A stretch of DNA of 32,000 nucleotides, from the NCBI GenBank assembly GCA_964536865.1, contig CAZHYN010000012.1, forward strand, positions 1 through 32,000. Reading direction: 5' to 3'. Under the pieces are notes generated by a model. The model ran no database searches and was not told the DNA's origin. It saw nothing but the letters and a program-made list of their open reading frames with translations. This document shows, in pieces, positions 27,105 to 32,000 of the stretch (positions are counted from its first letter, which is position 1; each line of letters opens with the position of its first letter). Origin of the DNA: an uncultured Planctomycetia bacterium (GTDB lineage: Bacteria; Omnitrophota; Gorgyraeia; Duberdicusellales; 4484-171). The translations under genes and the position numbers were made by a program.

Positions 27105-27896
27105 TTAAATTAACTTTCCCTCATATAAATAACAAACTTTCCCCTCAAACCAGACATTATTTATTTTACTATTCTCTTTTTTAAAATAGACCTTTAGAAT
27201 CTCGCCACTTTTTGTCAAAACTTCCACTATTTTTTCTCCATTATACTTTAAACCAAAAATAATTGCGGAAGCTGTAACCCCTGTTCCACAGGAAAGTGTT
27301 TCTTTCTCTACTCCTCGCTCATAAGTCCTTACTTTTATCTTTCCTTTATGAATAATCTCTACAAAATCAACATTTGTTCCCCAAGGCGCAAATCTTTTAT
27401 GAAAGCGAATTTTTCTGCCTATTTCTTCTACATCAATTCTATCTAAACTCTTCACAAATAAAACTGTATGAGGTACTCCTGTATTTATATAACTTGCCTG
27501 CCACCTCTTCTTTAAAATTTTAAAAGATATATTTAATTTTATATCAAAAGAGTCAATCATTTTTATCTTTACATAACAACCTCTTATATCTGCAGGTATT
27601 TTTCCTGCTTTTGTATGAAGGGTTAGTTTATTTATATTATTTTTCTTACTTATCCAGAAAGCAACACACCTTAGCCCATTCCCACACATCTCTGCCTCAG
27701 AGCCATCAAGATTAAATATTCTCATTGAAAAATTATCTTTATTTAATCTTTTAACTACTAAAAGTCCATCAGCACCGACTGACAATCTTCTTACACATAA
27801 TTTTTTTGCCAACTTTTTAAGATAAGTAGTAGAATAAAGTTTATCTTCGATTAAAATAAAATCATTTCCTGAGGCTTGCAATTTATAAAACCTCAT
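27105..27896 (-). CDS. dapF: Diaminopimelate epimerase, 263 aa
   Basis: QASGNDFILI, the catalytic-Cys segments EMCGNGLRC and SCGTG. Confidence 0.93.
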   Translation of the reverse strand: MRFYKLQASGNDFILIEDKLYSTTYLKKLAKKLCVRRLSVGADGLLVVKRLNKDNFSMRIFNLDGSEAEMCGNGLRCVAFWISKKNNINKLTLHTKAGKIPADIRGCYVKIKMIDSFDIKLNISFKILKKRWQASYINTGVPHTVLFVKSLDRIDVEEIGRKIRFHKRFAPWGTNVDFVEIIHKGKIKVRTYERGVEKETLSCGTGVTASAIIFGLKYNGEKIVEVLTKSGEILKVYFKKENSKINNVWFEGKVCYLYEGKLI

Positions 27897-29151
27897 TAAT
27901 TTTCTCCTTTCTAATTAAATCATTATAAGTTTCTCTTTCTCTTATCAAAAAAACTTTATCTTTATCTACCAATACTTCCCCAGCTCGTGGACGGGAATTA
28001 TAATTAGAGCTCATACTAAACCCATAAGCACCGCATCCTAAAATCGCCAAATAATCTTTTTCCTCCACGTTCAATTTTCTATCCTTACCTAAAAAATCTG
28101 AAGTTTCACAAATCGATCCCACAACATCTGCTTTCTTTTTAATCTGTAATCTGTAATTTGCAATCTGTAATTTTCTTACGGGAACAATCTTGTGATACCC
28201 TCCATATAATGCTGGTCTTATCAAATCATTCATTGCTGCATCTACAATAATAAACCTTTTAAAAGGGGTATCTTTTATATAAAGAACCTGAGTTAATAAA
28301 ACCCCAGCATTTCCCACAATGAATCTGCCCGGCTCTAAGATTATTTTAAGACCTGTTTCTTTAAGCAAAGGCAAAACCTTTTTAGCAAACTCTTCTGCTG
28401 TCTGAGGTCTTTCCCGGTTATAAACTATACCTAAACCTCCTCCAATATTAAAATAACGCAGATTTATTTTTGCCTTTTTTGCCTCCTCTATTAAAGGTAA
28501 GGTTTTTTTTATCGCTTTAATGAAAGGGGTACTTTTTGTGATTTGTGAACCGATATGAATATGTAATCCAGAGATATTTATGTAAGGAAAATTGCTCCTT
28601 AAGGAAAAAATTTTTTTTGCTGTCTTTATATCTATACCAAACTTTGTCTCTTTTTCTGCGGTGGTAATATATTTATGAGTAAACGTCTTAATATCAGGAT
28701 TAATTCTTAAAGCTACGTCAACTTTCTTTTTTTTCTCTTGCGCAATCAAATTAATCCTTATAAGTTCTCTTTCTGACTCTACATTAAAAAGTAAAATTCT
28801 GTAATCAATAGCCTCTTTTATCTCTTCCTCTTTTTTTCCTACCGAAGCATAAACAATTTTTTTGGGGGGACAATTTATAACCCTTGCTCTGAAAAGTTCA
28901 CCTCCCGAGACAATATCTAATCCCCCACCTTCTTTTACCAAAAGCTTTAAAATAGAAAGATTAGAATTTGCTTTTAGTGAATAACAAATTAAAGGATGAA
29001 TTTCAGAAAACGCTTTTTTTATCTTATAAAAATGTTCCAAAATTGTTTTTTTACTATATACATAAAGAGGGGTGCCAAATTTTTTTGCTAAGAAAGATAA
29101 AGGAACCTCCTCACAATAAAGTTCTTTTTTTTGATAAGAAAAATAATGCAT
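27883..29151 (-). CDS. lysA: Diaminopimelate decarboxylase, 422 aa
   Basis: YSLKANSN (PLP Lys), GGGLGI, EPGR and VVGSICETSD motifs. Confidence 0.93.
   Translation of the reverse strand: MHYFSYQKKELYCEEVPLSFLAKKFGTPLYVYSKKTILEHFYKIKKAFSEIHPLICYSLKANSNLSILKLLVKEGGGLDIVSGGELFRARVINCPPKKIVYASVGKKEEEIKEAIDYRILLFNVESERELIRINLIAQEKKKKVDVALRINPDIKTFTHKYITTAEKETKFGIDIKTAKKIFSLRSNFPYINISGLHIHIGSQITKSTPFIKAIKKTLPLIEEAKKAKINLRYFNIGGGLGIVYNRERPQTAEEFAKKVLPLLKETGLKIILEPGRFIVGNAGVLLTQVLYIKDTPFKRFIIVDAAMNDLIRPALYGGYHKIVPVRKLQIANYRLQIKKKADVVGSICETSDFLGKDRKLNVEEKDYLAILGCGAYGFSMSSNYNSRPRAGEVLVDKDKVFLIRERETYNDLIRKEKINEVL
28141..28175. repeat. Tandem heptamer tract inside lysA (AATCTGT x3 perfect plus 2 degenerate units)
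   Basis: aatctgt aatctgt aatttgc aatctgt aattttc. It encodes ...KLQIANYRLQIK... just before the conserved VVGSICETSD. Confidence 0.85.
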
Positions 29152-30456
29152 CTATAGAGGCAGTAACTTCTTAATAACTTCTCTGTTTAATTTTTTATTA
29201 AACTTTTGAAGGATTTTATCAGGAATTTTTTCCAAATTAATTTTATTCTCCTTGCAATACTTTACAAGTTGCGCAACACTTTCATATGCTGAAGAAAAAG
29301 GCACACCTTGATAGACTAAATATTCTACTATTTTAGAAGCGTATAAAAAATCTTTTTTTTCTTTTTCAATCTTTTCTTTATTCAATTTTATCTTCTTTAC
29401 AAATTTCGCCATAATTTTAATTTCATCTTTTAAAATTTGGGTTGAAGAAAATAAAGGTAATTTATTAACTTGCATATCCCGATTATAAGATAAAGGTAAT
29501 CCTTTCATAGTAATTAATAAAGATATTAAAGCAGAAAAAACTGGTCCTGAAAACCCCCTTACTAATTCCAAAAAATCAGGATTTTTTTTATGAGGAAGGA
29601 GAGAAGAGCCTGTGCAGAATTCTTCAGGTAAAATAAAAAAATTAAACTCTTCAGTAGAGTAAAGGATAAAATCTTCACAAATTCTTGATAAATGTATCTG
29701 TAAAATTGATAAAATGCTTAGGAATTCTATCAGAAAATCTCTATCGGAAACATTATCTAAGGGATTAGAATAAGGTTTAACTTTTTTGAAATTTTTAAAA
29801 ATCTCTTTTTTTAAAACCTTCCTATATGCTTCTTTTAAAGAGGAGCCGGCACCTGCTCCACTTCCTATGTAAACAGTTAAATCTTTTGCAAAATTTGTAA
29901 ATCGGTTTAAATCACGCAGAAACATCTCTTTAAATGCACCGATATAATCATAAAAAGGGATAATTTGGGCACGTCTTAAGTGCGTATAACCGATAAAATC
30001 TATATCTTTATATTTTTTTCTTAAAAACTCTAAAGAAACCAAAAGTTTTCTTAAAAGATTTCTGATATCTTCTGCATTCTCATAACAGTAAAATTTCTCA
30101 TCAAAAGCAATCTGATCATTCCGGGAACGCAAAGTATGTAATTTTTTAGCTACTTCTCCTGCTTTTTTCTCTACTTTTTTTTGAATATCGGTGTGAATAT
30201 CTTCACAATTTTTTTGAATCTTAAACTTTTCTTTCTTGATGTCTTCTAAAATCTCCTCTAAAGCTTCTTTAAGCTTTTGATATTCCTTTTTATTTAAAAT
30301 CTTCTCCTCATATAAAGCTTCTATATGAATTAGAGAATGATAAATATCGTATTTGGCTAATTTATAATCATACTCAATTGACTTCTCAAACTCAAAAAAG
30401 TCTTTATCTGGCTTCTTCTTAAATTGTGCTCCCCAAAATTTTTTAAATTCCTTCAT
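29152..30456 (-). CDS. argH: Argininosuccinate lyase, 434 aa from the ATG at 30456
   Basis: TLRSRNDQIAFD, GYTHLRRAQ and GSSLLPHKKNP signature. The N-terminal WGAQF replaces the usual WGGRF. The track start at 30483 is TTG. Confidence 0.8.
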   Translation of the reverse strand: MKEFKKFWGAQFKKKPDKDFFEFEKSIEYDYKLAKYDIYHSLIHIEALYEEKILNKKEYQKLKEALEEILEDIKKEKFKIQKNCEDIHTDIQKKVEKKAGEVAKKLHTLRSRNDQIAFDEKFYCYENAEDIRNLLRKLLVSLEFLRKKYKDIDFIGYTHLRRAQIIPFYDYIGAFKEMFLRDLNRFTNFAKDLTVYIGSGAGAGSSLKEAYRKVLKKEIFKNFKKVKPYSNPLDNVSDRDFLIEFLSILSILQIHLSRICEDFILYSTEEFNFFILPEEFCTGSSLLPHKKNPDFLELVRGFSGPVFSALISLLITMKGLPLSYNRDMQVNKLPLFSSTQILKDEIKIMAKFVKKIKLNKEKIEKEKKDFLYASKIVEYLVYQGVPFSSAYESVAQLVKYCKENKINLEKIPDKILQKFNKKLNREVIKKLLPL

Positions 30457-30578
30457 CACAATAATTATATTATATCCTTCCAAATTATCAAAATATATTT
30501 AATTATAATAAAATTTCCGACAGTTTCTCCTTAGAAAGAAAAAAGAAGGCAGGAATCTAAATTATGTTATTTCCGTGA

Positions 30579-32000
30579 TTATCTTTCTAACTTAAACTTA
30601 GCCACCATATTCTTTAATTCCATTGCTAAGTTAGCAAGTTCCTGGGCTGAAGAGGTCATCTCCTGCATGGAAGCAGTCTGCTCTTCAACACTGGAGGAAA
30701 CCTCCTGGGTAGCAGAAACTGAATCCCGAGCAATACCAACAACTTCTTCTGTTGCCTTCATCATTCGCTCATTTTCCTTAACCTGTGCTTGTGTAGCTTC
30801 TGAAATCCGTTTAGTAAGGGAACTGGCTTCCTGAACAGACTTATTAATTTTAACTAAAAGCTGGGCAATCTCAGTTACCGCTTCTCTTCCTTCTTGAGCT
30901 TCTTTGTTACTTTTCTCAATTGAACCAACAGCTTGGTTAACATCAGACTGAATTGACCTGATCAAATCATCAATCTCTCTAACTGCCCTTGCTGAATTCT
31001 CAGCCAGTTTCCTTATCTCATCAGCAACTACAGCAAATCCACGACCTGCTTCTCCTGCTCGAGCTGCTTCAATCGCTGCATTTAAAGCTAAAAGGTTAGT
31101 TTGATCAGCAATTGAAGTAATTGTTTTGGTAATTTCGCTAATCTTTCCTGATCTTTCTGCCAATCCTTGTATAGTCGTAGCACTATTACCTACGGTATCG
31201 GTAAGATAATCTATCTTCTCTGCTGTCTTTTTAGCAGATACCTGACCCCCTTCAGCCTGATTACTCGCCTCAACCACTTTTTCCGTTGCAGTCTGGGCAT
31301 TATCTGCCATCTGCTTTAAGGAAGCTACAGCTTTCTCTATTATCTTTCTTGTTTCCTCTAAACGCTCAGCCTGGGTAATAGCTCCTTTATTAATTTGCTG
31401 AATAGATGTAGATACCTCCTGAACCGAAGCATTTATTTCTTGAGTGGAAGAGGAAAGCTGCTGACTGGAGGAGGCTACTTTATCTGCAGTAGTTCGAATT
31501 TGAAAAACCATATTATGCATAGAATCAACAAGTTTATTAAAAGCCTTGCCTAACTGTCCTATTTCATCTTTAGTTTTGACAATTATCTTTTGAGTAAGAT
31601 CTCCTGCCCGAGAAGCCACATCCTCTACAGCCTTGGTAACCATAGACAACGGCTTAACCAATAAAGTAGTAAAGAAAATGATAAACAAAGTTCCAATAAT
31701 AACAATCATTATCCCCCCCACACTCAGACTTCTTATCAAGGCGGCGCGAGGGGCAGCTAAGAAATCATCCTCAAAAGCACTGGCAACAACAATCCAACCA
31801 AAATCCTCAAGATATCTATAACTGGCTATTTTATAAGTATGCGTTTTGGGAGAAACAAATCTTATCCTTCCTTCTTTCTTGGTAATAATCTCTTTAATAT
31901 GTGGCTTACCTGCCCAGTTCTCCCCCTGTGCTTTTTTGTGTATTAATAAGTTCCCTTTTGTATCTACTATAAAAATAAACCCTTTTTTCCCTATAACTAT
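30579..32000 (-). CDS. Methyl-accepting chemotaxis protein with a periplasmic Cache-like sensor; N-terminus lies beyond the window
   Basis: HAMP (KPLSMVTKAVEDVA...DEIGQLGKAFN). MCP signalling core IADQTNLLALNAAIEAARAGEAGRGFAVVADEIRKLAE. I translated the same frame by hand from 31740 to 32000 and found it open (…GFIFIVDTKGNLLIH…WIVVASAFEDDF…), so the track start at 31739 (TTG) is internal. Confidence 0.9.
   Translation of the reverse strand: MVIGKKGFIFIVDTKGNLLIHKKAQGENWAGKPHIKEIITKKEGRIRFVSPKTHTYKIASYRYLEDFGWIVVASAFEDDFLAAPRAALIRSLSVGGIMIVIIGTLFIIFFTTLLVKPLSMVTKAVEDVASRAGDLTQKIIVKTKDEIGQLGKAFNKLVDSMHNMVFQIRTTADKVASSSQQLSSSTQEINASVQEVSTSIQQINKGAITQAERLEETRKIIEKAVASLKQMADNAQTATEKVVEASNQAEGGQVSAKKTAEKIDYLTDTVGNSATTIQGLAERSGKISEITKTITSIADQTNLLALNAAIEAARAGEAGRGFAVVADEIRKLAENSARAVREIDDLIRSIQSDVNQAVGSIEKSNKEAQEGREAVTEIAQLLVKINKSVQEASSLTKRISEATQAQVKENERMMKATEEVVGIARDSVSATQEVSSSVEEQTASMQEMTSSAQELANLAMELKNMVAKFKLER

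Noticed and set aside
31737-31739. Track start of the chemoreceptor ORF (TTG at 31739).
   Set aside because: Hand translation shows the same frame stays open to the window end and encodes Cache-like sensor sequence. The TM/HAMP region beginning here is internal, and the true start lies beyond 32000.

Overview
AT-rich bacterial window. Every supported gene (about 33) lies on the minus strand, mostly with 1-4 nt overlaps or gaps under 30 nt. This fits a streamlined genome of a diderm organism, since a secretin and ExbB/ExbD are present. Layout from high to low coordinates (the direction of transcription): a Cache/HAMP chemoreceptor that runs off the right edge; argH; a complete aminotransferase-route lysine block (lysA, dapF, dapA, dapB, an orphan 86-aa ORF, dapL); folK, panC and a NadX-type aspartate dehydrogenase; uvrA; a TPR protein, ExbB, ExbD and a TonB-like protein; three tightly coupled small genes (zinc ribbon, DUF2582 winged helix, PilX_N pilin-like). 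Next comes a promoter-led type IV filament locus whose gene order resembles the Vibrio MSH pilus: HTH, PilM-PilN fusion, PilO-like, PilP-like, secretin, ATPase, platform protein. This is followed by an embedded MoxR / DUF58 / large membrane protein triad, then four prepilin-type genes. The left end (1-280) is a GC-rich structured non-coding element with two direct copies of a 38-nt hairpin module, next to a strong hairpin. The best candidate for something undescribed is the MoxR-DUF58-membrane protein module. Its third protein has a TgpA-like outline, but the transglutaminase core is replaced by a Cys-free coiled-coil region plus two Big_2 domains. The module sits between the pilus platform gene and the pilin genes and has its own apparently leaderless promoter. 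Other items worth a look are the coupled TonB-like / Zn-ribbon / wHTH / PilX_N module and the left-edge repeat element. All family calls come from reading motifs in the translated ORFs by eye; no database search was run.
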